Of a stretch of DNA of 64,000 nt, positions 40,501-52,391 are shown piece after piece. A program made the translations under genes and the position numbers. Within the stretch, counting starts at the first letter, position 1, and every line of letters starts with the position of its first letter. A model generated the notes under the pieces. It had not been told where the DNA came from. It searched no databases and saw only the letters and a list, made by a program, of their open reading frames with translations. Source of the DNA: Psilocybe cubensis (taxonomy: Eukaryota); the NCBI GenBank assembly GCA_017499595.2, contig CM039009.1, positions 496,001 through 560,000 on the forward strand, written 5' to 3'.

Positions 40501-41184
40501 GTCAGAAAGGTTGGGGCTTGAGAGATCAGCATCCCTGACTGCTCTTATATACAGGGTACAGGGTATCCAACAGATGTGCGGCTTCGGAGTCGTTACTGCT
40601 GATGGGATGGTAATTTTGCTCATCTGTTTCCAGGGCACAGTTATCGATGTATCATAACGAACACCAATCTGCCATTGTGTTTGATGATTCCCGAGACCTT
40701 GCGAAATTTGAGATGATCTTCTAACTTCTTCTTGATAATTTAGTCTTCATTCCCCTCGTCGTGTCCAGTCAGAAGGCCCTGGAAATACAAGCCTATATTT
40801 AGAAGGAACTTTTGACGTTGATGGACAGACGCCAACAATTACAGCTGATCTGAAATCATCACAAGCCATCTTAAAATTGAATACTATGCTATACAAGGCA
40901 AAAGGTTAGTACTCCTCGACTTAGTAGCACAAACACACTTCAGATCGCAAGGGCCCGTTATTTACCATACGACGTTAAAGAATCCAAAATGGTCATCCAT
41001 TAGCCTTATTTGGAAAACTGTGAGCCATTTGGTTATTGGCAATAATATTTGAGGATATTGTGACAATTTGACGTGAGTGTGAGAGCTGTACATTTGCCAA
41101 AATTGCGCTTTAGAAAAATCTGAAACTGAATTCAAAATTCTGCTCTGGAGGTGGCAAAGAACAAAGCATCCGGTATGTATTGTA

Positions 41185-42198
41185 TTAAAAAATCACAAAT
41201 AGAGTAACGATCGAAATGAACCCGAATCCACTATAAAGCGAACGCATGGATAGTTTTGCTGTTGGGAGGTCTCCACTGGCCTTACTATCTGATCCTGATG
41301 TTCCTCCCTGTCCTGCGACCGGGCCTGACTTGCTGGAGCCCGAGTTGGAGCCTGAATTAGATCCCCCTGATAAACCTCCTGAGCTTGAATCTCCAGAGTT
41401 AGAACCTCCACTGGAGCTCGAACCTCCGCTGCTGGATTCACCAAAGGGAGACCCTGTTGCAGCTGGAGCTCCACCGTTATCATCTCCGGTCTCAGTGGCA
41501 AAGCCTCCATTACCGAATCCGCTTCCTGTATTAAATGCGCCTCCGCTGGTCCCTGTAGCGAACCCTCCAGAGTCATCACTTGCAGTAAAGCTTCCACTGT
41601 CATCTGAGCTGAATCCTCCACCTCCACCACCTGCGCTGAAACCTCCCGCACCCCCTGAAAATCCGGTTTCAGAGGCTCCTGCAGGTACTGTTACACTCGG
41701 AACAACTCCGGCACATTTCTGATTAAAGGCTATGCGACGCTGCTGTCAATAATTACACTTGGATTCTATTAATTGAATAACTTACTTGATGTAGCACTTG
41801 TTATGTCAGTAGTCAAATCCGCCGACTGTGTATCAACAGTAGAGAGGCATGTTAAACAAGATTGTAAATCCTTTTGAATGGCGGATGTGCACAGGCAGGA
41901 AGCAGCGCCGTTACAAGGTTGTGCTGCAGTTAAAAATGGCGTACAAGTAGGCGTACACTGTGGTGCGTCAGCTCTATTAACTGTATTGAGCCTAAACGAT
42001 CGACGAATTAGACTTACGGGATCGTTTGCTGTTGTCTGACGTTTCAGATTATCTGTATCTTCTCTAAGATAACGACTCCCTGCAGCCACTGTTCGAATAA
42101 TCGTCAGTGACAAGCAATTGTGATATATATTGAGAAGACGAAATACCTCTAGATATAAATAATATAGAGAAAGGAATTACTACTTTGGTTGCGCGCAT
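41185..42198 (-). CDS. 8-Cys CFEM-like secreted/GPI-type protein with long Gly/Ser/Phe-rich stalk, array member E
   Basis: MRATKVVIPFSILFI; NLKRQTTANDP; QCTPTCTPFLTAAQPCNGAASCLCTSAIQKDLQSCLTC...FNQKC; GGF-rich stalk; tail SGFGFISIVTLFVIF. Confidence 0.85.
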
Positions 42199-42974
42199 CT
42201 TTTAGGTTAAAAATGGTAGGTATTACTGAAGACTGCGTCGAAGAGGTCGTTCTTATATCTCCCTGGAAGCCACAAATGTTCATGTGTAGACACAGAGCCT
42301 ATCTATCTGTATCCAAGGCAATAAAGCGCTGACTGTACATCTAAGGTGCAGTCACAGCTGAAGTCATATATCTGAAAGGCTGCCCAAAATGACATCGACG
42401 TCGACTTGTCAAAATTGCTGTCCTCAAGGTGCGGAAGGTATAACACATCTTGGTCCCTTTAAACGACTTATATTAGTAAGGATTCCAAATCATTTTGCTC
42501 CTCTCTATCTCTTGCCTAGGTTGTGAAAAAGACGCTATACGTGAATAGTGAACTTCTCTCTGTTGCAGACATAGCGTCTATAAATAGACGCACTCAACTG
42601 CTGGGCGCTCATCGACATCGTGGATGTCGGGTGTGATTGTCATCACATCAAAAGTCAGCGCCGACCACGACATTGGATATAGCCACTATTAGTATTATAC
42701 ATTGCACACATGCATCTGGGCATAGCCATTACGATTCCCAACCTTCAATACATCCTCGTTCAGGCCCCGAGTGCCGTTGGACTGCCTTGTGGTACACATA
42801 TCTGTAGGTATATTCAAATCAGTTGTCTCAGGAAGCCTAACAGTCAATATAAGAGCAGATAGAGGAGCATTTAAATATATGTAGACTTGTATCTGTCAGG
42901 ATATTATGAATGAATATGATTGTTCTTCACAGTAATACTATCCATGCCAACAAAGCTGGCACTGCACTCGCATT

Positions 42975-43931
42975 TTAAAATACAAGTATTACACCTAGGA
43001 ATACACTGAACCCAATCACGCTGATGCTCACTACATCATGAGCATGCACTCCCGCACCCGTCAACCCTGGAAATCCTTGACCAGGGCCCCCAGTAACTCC
43101 AGCACTAGTAGTGGCAAAAGGATGAACAGTTGATTGTGAGATCACAGCAGTATTAACGTCAGGAGTAGTCGTAGGAACATCTGTATCGGTCGGAACTGTA
43201 GGTGTAGATACTGTTATTGGCGGCACTGATAATGAGGGGATATTGCTGCCAGATGGTATTGGTAGTGTCCGGGTCCCCGACGTGGATGGCGGAGTTACGA
43301 CACCGGTGGTTCTTCCAGGTAAAGACGTCGAAGGCCCTGCACCTCCACCTGAGCCTGATTTAACAGTTATTGGTTGGAGTCCAAAACCCGCGCATGCTCC
43401 GCTATAAGCTGAGAATATTGTGAGAACCCAAACACAAGTATTATATAATTAGAAAATGATATTTACTGTCGACGAGGTTCTGTGCAGTGGAAATGACATC
43501 AGGCGATGGGAGTGCATTGACGGAACAATCAACACAATTCTGTAATCCCCGGTCCACTGCTGAAGTGCAAAGGCATCCTAGTGTACCGCATCCCTATAGA
43601 CGGATAATATTCCAGTTTAGGCGAATCATTGACTTTAAAAGATAATGACTCACGTTCAATGCATTGTTGAAGACTGCACAAGCAGAATCACACTAAAAGA
43701 GATGCTATATTAGAAGGCTGTTTGAACTATCATAGATTGAACGGTAAACTCACGGGTGTCGTCTGCCGAGTGAAAATAACTGCGTCTCGGATGAGACTTC
43801 TGGGTACGATTGCCAACACTTGGATCCAACAAACAAGATCAATCTCCCTTATCAAGATATTTTCGAGAGTAGAGCCAACCTGGAGCGATGCACAGCAAGG
43901 AGATCGTCGCCTGAGCCGTTGGGAAGCGCAT
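42975..43931 (-). CDS. 8-Cys CFEM-like secreted/GPI-type protein, array member F
   Basis: MRFPTAQATISLLCIA; IFTRQTTP; CDSACAVFNNALNGCGTLGCLCTSAVDRGLQNCVDC...YSGAC; Pro/Thr stalk; tail VVSISVIGFSVFLGVILVF. Confidence 0.85.
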
Positions 43932-44753
43932 GCCGTCGAAAGAGAGGGAGAAAGAATGAGCGAACGCTGATCTTTAACTTTACAAGACTGGGTGCTCTTT
44001 ATACGCGATCATGAGATCATGATGTTGGGTAGCTGTCACTGTCAATTACCATATTGACGGCATTAGCACTGCTCGGAATTTCTCCCACAGTTCCCGTCGG
44101 TACTAGTTTAGCTAGTACCAGTGCCATTACAGTTTTATGAGGGTATCTTGTGCAGTGTAAGATTTTCCACTTCATGTGCACACTGAACAAAGTTTCCAAG
44201 CAGATGAGTTTTCTAGTATGAGCAAGAGGAACCCGCATAACTATTTTCACCGCAAACCCTCCGCAACAGATCACGAACTGGCCAAGGCTTTAACCATTTG
44301 CGGCAAAGGCAGCCTCGTGCGGAATCATGTTCTATTAATAGATCAGATACATGTCAAAATTGGTTTGGATCAGTAAAACCAAGTAATGCGATAATACTTA
44401 CCGCTTTACCATATAACTGTAGCTGTTTAACCGTTATTCAATTACAATAGCTAGCTAAAGCCCTTGCTTCAAGTTTCAAAGGACAGGAGACTTGGACATC
44501 CCATTTATTTTTAGCACAACCGGGCGCTAATTTTGAAGTTTCGATGCCCCTGAACCCTGAACCTGAACCTGAAAGTCTAGGTGCCTTACAGATTGCCAAG
44601 ACTTCCATTACTCCGACTATGTGCTAGTCCCAAAGTGCGCTTTGATGTCCGTGTATGTAGCTTTGAAGCGAGTGAGGACACATATATCTTTACTTTTGAA
44701 GATTGGTCCCTCCTATCTTTTGGATCTTGGAGTTCCGCAGACCGCTTCGTTCG

Positions 44754-45595
44754 ATGGATAAGCATATAATATTAGCGCTGACAGCATCAGCTGGCACAGC
44801 TGTACTCATGCTACTATCTGCATGCTCAATGATAACAACGGCTCATGGTATGTGTTCTGGTCCTGTTATGAAAAAGAGCTTATTTGATTTGTGACCCGAA
44901 TCCACTGCGTGCAGGTGCCCAGCTACCAAGATCCACGTACCAGGATATCCAAGCGAGAAATTTATCATCGTTTTTTAACTCCATCCCTGTACAAGTGCGA
45001 CCTCATTCTATATCCCTCCCAACTTCTCCAGTAACTGAATAACACACAACACATTCAACGTACAGTGTCAAGTTCAATGTGACATCGTCAAAGGAGCAGC
45101 CCAGGTAAGTCGACCTTTCGTTCAAACTATGGACCGTATCACGTCCAACTCAACATACAACATAACTGTTGCAATATAGAACTGCCAATATCTATCATGT
45201 GCATGCACAACCCAGCACTCTATGCAGCTCCAAACATGCGTGAACTGTATCGTGGCGCTGAACCCTTACGCCGATGGTATTGTAGATGAATATCAGACGA
45301 TCCTTGATGGTGAGTTATCACAACCTGTCTCTTCTCCTTGGGAGCTATTTGACCGTCCACCTTCCTGTCAGAATGGAGGAACAGTTACTGTGAACCCTTT
45401 CCGATCCCGCCTTTGCACGTATCGCTTCCGGGATCCCAATCTTCGTCTTCATCATCTGTTTCTACTGAATCTCCATCTGCACCGATTTCTCCAGCCGCTA
45501 AAAGTTTCGCGGTGAAGAATGCCCAAACAAGCGCGGCATTACTCACTTTCATGTCATCCCTCCTGCTCCCTTTAATACTTCTCATGTCCAATTAA
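44754..45595 (+). CDS. 8-Cys CFEM-like secreted/GPI-type protein, array member G (inverted orientation)
   Basis: Hydrophobic N-terminus (AVLMLLSACSMITTAH); CQVQCDIVKGAAQNCQYLSCACTTQHSMQLQTCVNC...WRNSYC; Ser stalk; tail SAALLTFMSSLLLPLILLMSN. Confidence 0.8.
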
Positions 45596-45600
45596 CGACC

Positions 45601-46562
45601 TCAATGAAAATGCATGGCCAAGAGACACGATAGCGTTGCCCCAACAAGCTTCCATCCCGGTTTTGATGTTTTCTTCTCTGCAGCCGACCTCGCCCTTAAC
45701 ATTATACCACTCGACATCGGCACGCCGCCGCCCTTCCGTCGGACGGCACGGCAAACCTGTTTGTTGTTGACTGTCCACTGTGCAGTTTGAGAAGGGACAG
45801 GGATATCTGTGGTCGGAGATATGGAAGGGTCAATAGAGATGGTCGGTGTAGTACCACTGAAATCATCTCCAGAGTTAACAATCCGCAGAACTGTGTACTG
45901 AAGCGAATGAATGAACGTACTTGTTGAAATAATCTGGGACAATCTGTAACGAAAAATCGAACGCAGGACTGCACGTATCTTCGAAATCTGTCCCCAGAAT
46001 TTGAGAACTCGTGCTGCCAGAGTAAAGTGGAATCATACTAGAAAATATGCCTTGCGCTGCATCGTAGATGTCTTGGCTTGGCGACACAGCGTACAGACAC
46101 GAAACGCAGTCTTCCAGTCCATCAGCGTTGTCTTGAGTGCATATGCACATCCCATACTCGCATGTCTATAAGCAAATCATGTAATCATCTGCCTGGTAAG
46201 ACAAAAGATGTACCGTGTACTTACCTGGAAGCTCGACGAAGTGGTCTGACAAGCTTGCACACACTTCCAATGTACCCTTTAATCTTCATTGTATAGCAAG
46301 CATATAGATAAGGATTCTCACTGATGGCGGGACGAGATCGAGAACAGCGACGTTGGAACTTGGGCCAGCGGTAGGGCTATTAAAATTGAAGGGCGGAAAC
46401 TTCAATATAGGGTTCATGAACGTTTTAGCAGGTGTCTGAACATCACTGACACATCCATGGGTCAAAAACGACTTGGGAACTCGAACAGACGACAGCAGAG
46501 TGTGCAATTGTGGTAATAGAAGGAAGAGAGAACGTAAAACTCAAGCTGCCCGTCGGTGACAT
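45601..46562 (-). CDS. 8-Cys CFEM-like protein, array member H (start uncertain)
   Basis: CVQACQTTSSSFQTCEYGMCICTQDNADGLEDCVSC...FEDTC; Thr/Pro stalk; tail GWKLVGATLSCLLAMHFH. N-terminal exons and signal peptide are poorly resolved. Confidence 0.7.
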
Positions 46563-47344
46563 CAATTAGATCGGCTTCAAGAGCTCAGCGGGCGAATGAG
46601 GCATGTCTTATCGAGCACAACGCCGTCTTGCACGAACCAATCCGGACAATTAAAGGAGGCTCGAGTCCTCGAGGCAAGGCCTGACCGAACTTTAAAGGTT
46701 AGACTGGCATTTCGAGCTGATCGCGGGGTTAGACACGTACACGAGGACGCCATGCAAGACGAAGCCCAGCAAAACCCCCGTACCGAATTGTGAAGCGCAG
46801 TTGGCCGTCCGACCTTCAAATTGAAAATTGAAAACCTAGGAAAAATCCACAGCATTGACAATTGAACCATACGTTATGACGTGTGCGCAAGACTTAAACA
46901 AGACTGGGCAGCGAAGAACATTAAATAAAAAAACGCGGGCGTACTGTACGGAAAGGTATGTACTTGTAATGGAAGAGAAGACGAAAACGGTGAGAAATGG
47001 GAGAGCCATGCGTATAATCAACAAAAACAAGTGCTGCGATGCGTTCATGTGTGGCGTGTGGGCGTGGGCGTGTAGAATCGTGTGTGTGCGTGCGTGCGAT
47101 CTTGAGGAAAACATAGAACATGATGGGCTGACATGACATGACATGGAATGAAATGCATCATAACAAGAGCGAGGGAGAAAGGGAAAAAAAGACAGACTCA
47201 GTGTGAATGAGAAGAAAAATTGTACAAACAAAAGAATCGAAAGATAGAGCAAAGGAAAACAAAAGGAAGAGAAACAAAACCAAAAAAAAAAGACTACGAA
47301 GACGGGGCCTTTTTTAATTTCCTTCGCAAAACATCCTTCCTCCT

Positions 47345-50300
47345 CTAAGCGCGACCTCTACGAGGGCGCCAGACTCCTCCACCGCGAGTACTCGAAACTG
47401 TCTGGAATCCATCTTCATCCTTCTTTGGCTCCTCCTTCGCAAGGGGCGCAGCAGCAGCAGCAGCAGCAGGAGGCGTTGGACCTCCTCCAGCAGCTTTCTC
47501 CTGCTCCCTCTGCCTCCATCCTCCTCCTCCAAGGGCACCAGGCCTGTACTTGGCTGGCGCAGCACCCGGCGCGGGGCTTTCAGAGCGCGACGGTGGCGCA
47601 GGCGCATCTGCCGACGAACGCACAGGCGTAGCGGGCACCGAGCTTGTAGGCGTTGCCGACGAGCGTCTCCACACACCCGGCTCGTCTTTAGCGCCTGCGC
47701 GCACGGATGCAGGGACGGCGGAAGGCGCGGGTGCCGCTTTCTGGGCGGCACGGCGTGCAAGAGCCTCTTCTTCTCTGCGTTGCTGGAGCAGGGCTTTTTC
47801 TCTGGCTTCCTGGCGCTCTTTTTCGCGTGCCTCGCGTCGGGCAGCGGCCTCGGCCTCCAATTTGCGCTTCTCTTCTTCCGCACGGGCAGCAGCAGCCTCG
47901 GCTTCGAGTCGTAAACGTTCCTCCTCGGCAGCGCGTTCTGAAAGACCAGAATATTAGACATAACCCAATTTTTTGAAATGAATGAAGAGACGTACCGGCT
48001 GCTAGCCTGGCCTCCTCGGCCTCCTTCTTGGCACGCGCCTCCTCGAGAGCCGCCTGCCTCTTCGCCTCCTCCTCGCGGGCCTTCATGACCTGCTTCCTCC
48101 TCTTCTCCTTCTCCTCCGCGATCTTCCTCTGCGCCGCTTCGAGCTTGCGCTTGAATTCCTCTCCCTTCTTCTCGATCACCACTTGCCTGCGCTCTTTATA
48201 GTCACCCAACATGCGGCTCAGCCGCGCTTTGGTCTGCAGGTCTTCCTGGTGCGCGCGGTATGCAGCCTCGAGGCGCGATTTCTGGATATTCTCGAATGTC
48301 TCTTTGTCCGTCTTTTGCTGTTGTTCATAGTCCTGAGCGAGTAAGGAGCGCTCTTCCTTTCGGTAGGCACGTTCGATGTGGTCGATGCGTTTGCTAGTGA
48401 TACGCAGGCGCTCTTGGAGCTCCTTCTTCTCCTTTTCGAGCTGTGCGACTTGGATAGTAATCAATCCCTCTGTATCGAACGACTCCAATTTCTATATTGA
48501 AGATTAGCTTTAGAACGAGAGAAACAGTGATAATGAAAGTACGCACATCAACCTCATTCGCCTTCAAGATACCCTTATCTACGAGACTCTGCGCGTACTT
48601 CTTGGCTTCATCAATCCTAATCGATTCAATCTCCTTCTTTGTGCGTTCCTGTTCCCTCCTCCGCAAGTCCTCCTTGGCCCTTCTCGTCTCCTCTTCCTTC
48701 TCCCTCCTGGACGATTCCGCCCGTCGGCTGCTTTCCTCCTTCTCCTTGCGTACACTAAGTTCGCTAAGGAGCTCACGACGACGTGCAACAAGCGCACGGC
48801 GCAGCTGCAAAGCTTTGCGCTCCGACTCAACAGCAGCAACAAGCGTGCGGAACCGTGCAGCCTGTTCCTCCGCAGTCGGAGCAGGGGGCTTCTCCTCAAT
48901 CGCCTCAAGCGTGTTGTGCAAGCACAGCGCGACCTTGCTCAAACGCGTGCGCACGAGCTCAGCCGTCGAAGGCTGGATCGCGCTTTCCCTCGTGGATGTC
49001 GACGCAGTCGAGGTAGACGCCGTGGGCTGGTCATCGCTGGTGACGAAGGGGTCATCGACGAATGTGATGCTGCCATCTTTGTGGTCGATACGGACACTGA
49101 GCTCACCGCGGCGTGCGCAGCCCATAATGTAGGCCTCAACCTGCTCGTCGTCGAACGAGCCCTCAAGCCCGGCATCTTTGAGTGGTGCAACGAGAGACAG
49201 CAGGTTGCTGATTTTGATGGTGGAATACACCTGCGAGAGCTGAGAAAGAAGGCGCGAGAGCAGGGCACGCTGGAGGAGAGGGAGGTACAACGAGAACGCT
49301 TCATCGCCAGCCAATGTCTGCAGCAGTGGTGCAATGGTAGCGCAGAGGGTCAGTGGGTCAAACGTCACTTCAAGGATGTTGTACAATTTTTTAACCGACA
49401 CAGGGGAGAGCTTGAGGATGTCACGGGCAAGCTGAATAGCAAAATTAGCACGGCAATGCGCCAGAAAACTACGTAAGAAAACTCACAGCGTCCTTGAGCA
49501 ATCCAGAGCGTGTGGGCATGCGGCTGAGGCCAAGCAGCGCCGTGAGGCGTGCATTTTTACCCTTGAGTTCGTCTGGCTCCTCAGTGTGCAGGCCGACAGG
49601 AACAGCAAGGGCGCTGACGAGGACCTGGGCGGCCAACCTGCCCATTTCCTCATTTGACACCCCGCCGATTGAGCTTACGACGGCGTAGTACCGGCTCCAC
49701 GCAGCGGCGTGATAGAGGGCGTTGCCACTCATGAGGAAGATCTTTGTCAGTTTTTCGTAGTAGTTGGCCATCATGGCGGGGCGTGGCGCCTTCTTGGCCA
49801 TCGTGAGGAGGTTGTGGACATCTTCGACCGATCGGAAGGCTTCTTGCCAGAGCTCGAGCTCGACAGAGGTGTTGAGTTGTGCGAAGCGTGTATCGAGATG
49901 GTGTTGGAGGGTTTCTGGATCGGAAAGGTTGATGGAATATTGCTGATGCGAGTATTTGGCAACGTTGGAAAGATGGAGGCGGAGAGTCTCGCAGAGACGG
50001 CGGAATTCGACTTTGCGCTGATGTTTCAGGCAGAATTTGAAGGCTTGTTGGGCAATTTGCTGAACGCAATGTAAGACGGTGAAAAATAAATTGATCCGCA
50101 ACTCACCTGGTAAATAGCCTCAAGTCTCATATTGTTTTTGAGTGTCTCCAATGAAGTCCTATAACTTTCCCAAAGGAACTTGAGCCAGGGGGTGACAAGG
50201 GCACGATCAGTGCGGTCCTTGTTCTGATCACCGCTGACAGCACCGAGAAGGATACTCTCCGGTGTTTCGCTCGCCTCCAAATCATCAATGTCGACGGCCG

Positions 50301-50634
50301 ATTTGACAGCCGCCTTTTCCTGCGCCTCGCGCACCTTCTGGTCCGCGAGTTGCACAAATCGGGTGATAACGGTCTCGATACTCTGCACGCTTGTGTTTTG
50401 TGCGATGTTTTTGTACTGCATGAGTCCCTCCTTGGCTGTGCGGCCCTTGCGCATGTCGACACAAAGCTCGATGAAACGATGCATAATGGGCTCGAGAGAG
50501 GTGAGCGGGGTCGATCTAAATCGTTTTGAAGAGAACATCTCGGTCATTGACTGCAGCGCAGCGTGGCTCTGTCCGACGGAGATGAGGCCCTCCGCCTGCT
50601 TAAGCACGGTCTCTGGTTTGGAAAAGGGCGCCAT
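47345..50634 (-). CDS. TIF32: Eukaryotic translation initiation factor 3 subunit A
   Basis: MAPFSKPETVLKQAEGLISVGQ, AKEGLMQYKNIAQ, TDRALVTPWLKFLWESYR, QLNTSVELELWQEAFRSVEDVH (PCI region), long charged coiled coil, RIDHIERAYRKEE. Confidence 0.97.
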
Positions 50635-52391
50635 ATTGTACTATCATGAAAAGCTCAGCTTAAGTCAAAAGCCAGATTTTACAAGATAATAAACGTACAA
50701 CGAGTCAAGAAGTGGCTGCTCGTTGGTCGCCTGGAGATCAGATATGCGAGCTCGACGATGGATATGGCGATGAGGACGTGGTCCACCCAAAAAAATTGGT
50801 ATTTGCTTTAGGGCCGGTCAAAATTCCCACAGTCATCATTGTTATCGGTCCCGAGCAACATCGTTCGGCTTTGATATCTCCTGCTTACAACGTCTGGAAT
50901 CATGGTTTGACTAACAATTTTGTGAGCAACACGTACTAGGGAAGCCTCTGAGGCCCATAAAAATTAAAAGGTCGACGCCGGCAGCATTCGCCTAGAGTTG
51001 TGCATGTCTTGTCGGTGTCTATATCTGATGATGACATGCAATTAGAGATATTGGGACTCTGGGAACAATTTCAGGTTAATACCAATTCCTTGTAAGTTCT
51101 AGGATTTTATTTTGTGAGTAATAGCCTAATTTTTTGCATTTTACAAAGGCTGGGAGCTGATTTACTCGCTTTTACCCCATTTAACGTTCGCACACATTGA
51201 GTTCTGGTAGAATTCGCGGTTCAACATTGCAGTTTTTTTGACTCTAAGTGCTTTCACCTCGCTTTATGCCATCTCTCTGTTGGTAAGGAGTTGCTTCGTG
51301 CTGGAAATTGTATCAAGATCGTCGACTTCAAGATGCATTGAAGAAATAAACTGCAATCCGGGCATGGAAGCGTCGAAGTTGAGACCAGACGATGCATATG
51401 GAAATATATCAGTATGTTCAATGGCTCAGGTTCGAGATAAATCATACTTATAAAGAATATCACAACATGCTGATGTTTATTGTTCAGTAATCATCTTATT
51501 CCAACATCTGACAGTGTTACTCTGCAGCTTAACGCAGTTCCACCACGATCTCTCGCGAGAGGCGTGAGCTCCATGATGCTTCCTTGAGAGTCATAACAAT
51601 TCGTGTTCTATCCCACGAGTTGACATTAACACTGCAAGCGTCATATATCGGAGGTGGAACGCATATTTCCCTTCGAAATGCCCAACCTAGTCGCCTACGG
51701 CAGTTGGCGTCTGTGGATAGCGTATCAATTTTTTCTCAACTTCAAGCATCGACACCATCCTGCCTCACGATTCAAAACCTGCCCCAGGGACGCCTGGCGA
51801 TATCGCTACTGCGACACACGGGCCAGCTAATGCTGGATATCGGTTCCTAGAAATCGCTCATGTATGCGCGGGTAAGATCATTTTCGGCGCTTAATCATTT
51901 TGTTGTTCGACTGTCGCAACCGAACGATGCACGGACTAGGCAGAAATTTCTTTGGCACCCTTTGAACAACAATGTCTTTGTCAATGTCAAAGCTGCCTAT
52001 ACTCAAGGACCGTGCTGCCAGTAGCAGCATTCAGAGTAGGAAAGCCTATTAGTGCATGGTTGATGTGCCATTGACGATTGAACCAGAAGCAGAACTCTGA
52101 TAACTCAATTCCTTGCCAATTATCCCTATAGCTGGCATATGACAGTTTTCGAAACGATATCATCTGATTTCATTCGGTCAGGTCACAAACCGCTGGAAAA
52201 TATTCCCTAAGCAATAAAGGTTATTGTGGCATACCACTGGAGTGACTCAGGACTACCCACGCAAATCACCGAATACTCTCACGTGCCGCTGCACCTTTGT
52301 TATCTTTGAGATCCAACCGCAAGCCAAATCACATAAAGGGAGTTCTGCTAGGCACTGTTCCTTCCCTATCTTCTGAGTAACAACAGCGTCG

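Noticed and set aside
38448-41722. Pro/Leu/Glu-rich plus-strand ORFs (38448-38939, 41246-41722)
   Set aside because: Reverse-complement reading of the Gly/Ser stalks of array members C and E.
44549-44573. Short (CCTGAA)n tandem; also the GT-rich microsatellite near 47050-47100 and the poly-T at 59066-59085
   Set aside because: Ordinary simple repeats; not telomeric, not CRISPR-like.
36016-46562. Array interpreted as a hydrophobin cluster
   Set aside because: Hydrophobins need two CC doublets and have no S/T stalk or C-terminal anchor. These proteins have CxC and CxxC plus hydrophobic tails.
47425-50689. Many long antisense and alternate-frame ORFs over eIF3a, and the locally high GC content
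   Set aside because: Explained by GC-rich codon bias and the repetitive charged coiled coil of a highly expressed gene. No sign of independent genes or horizontal transfer.
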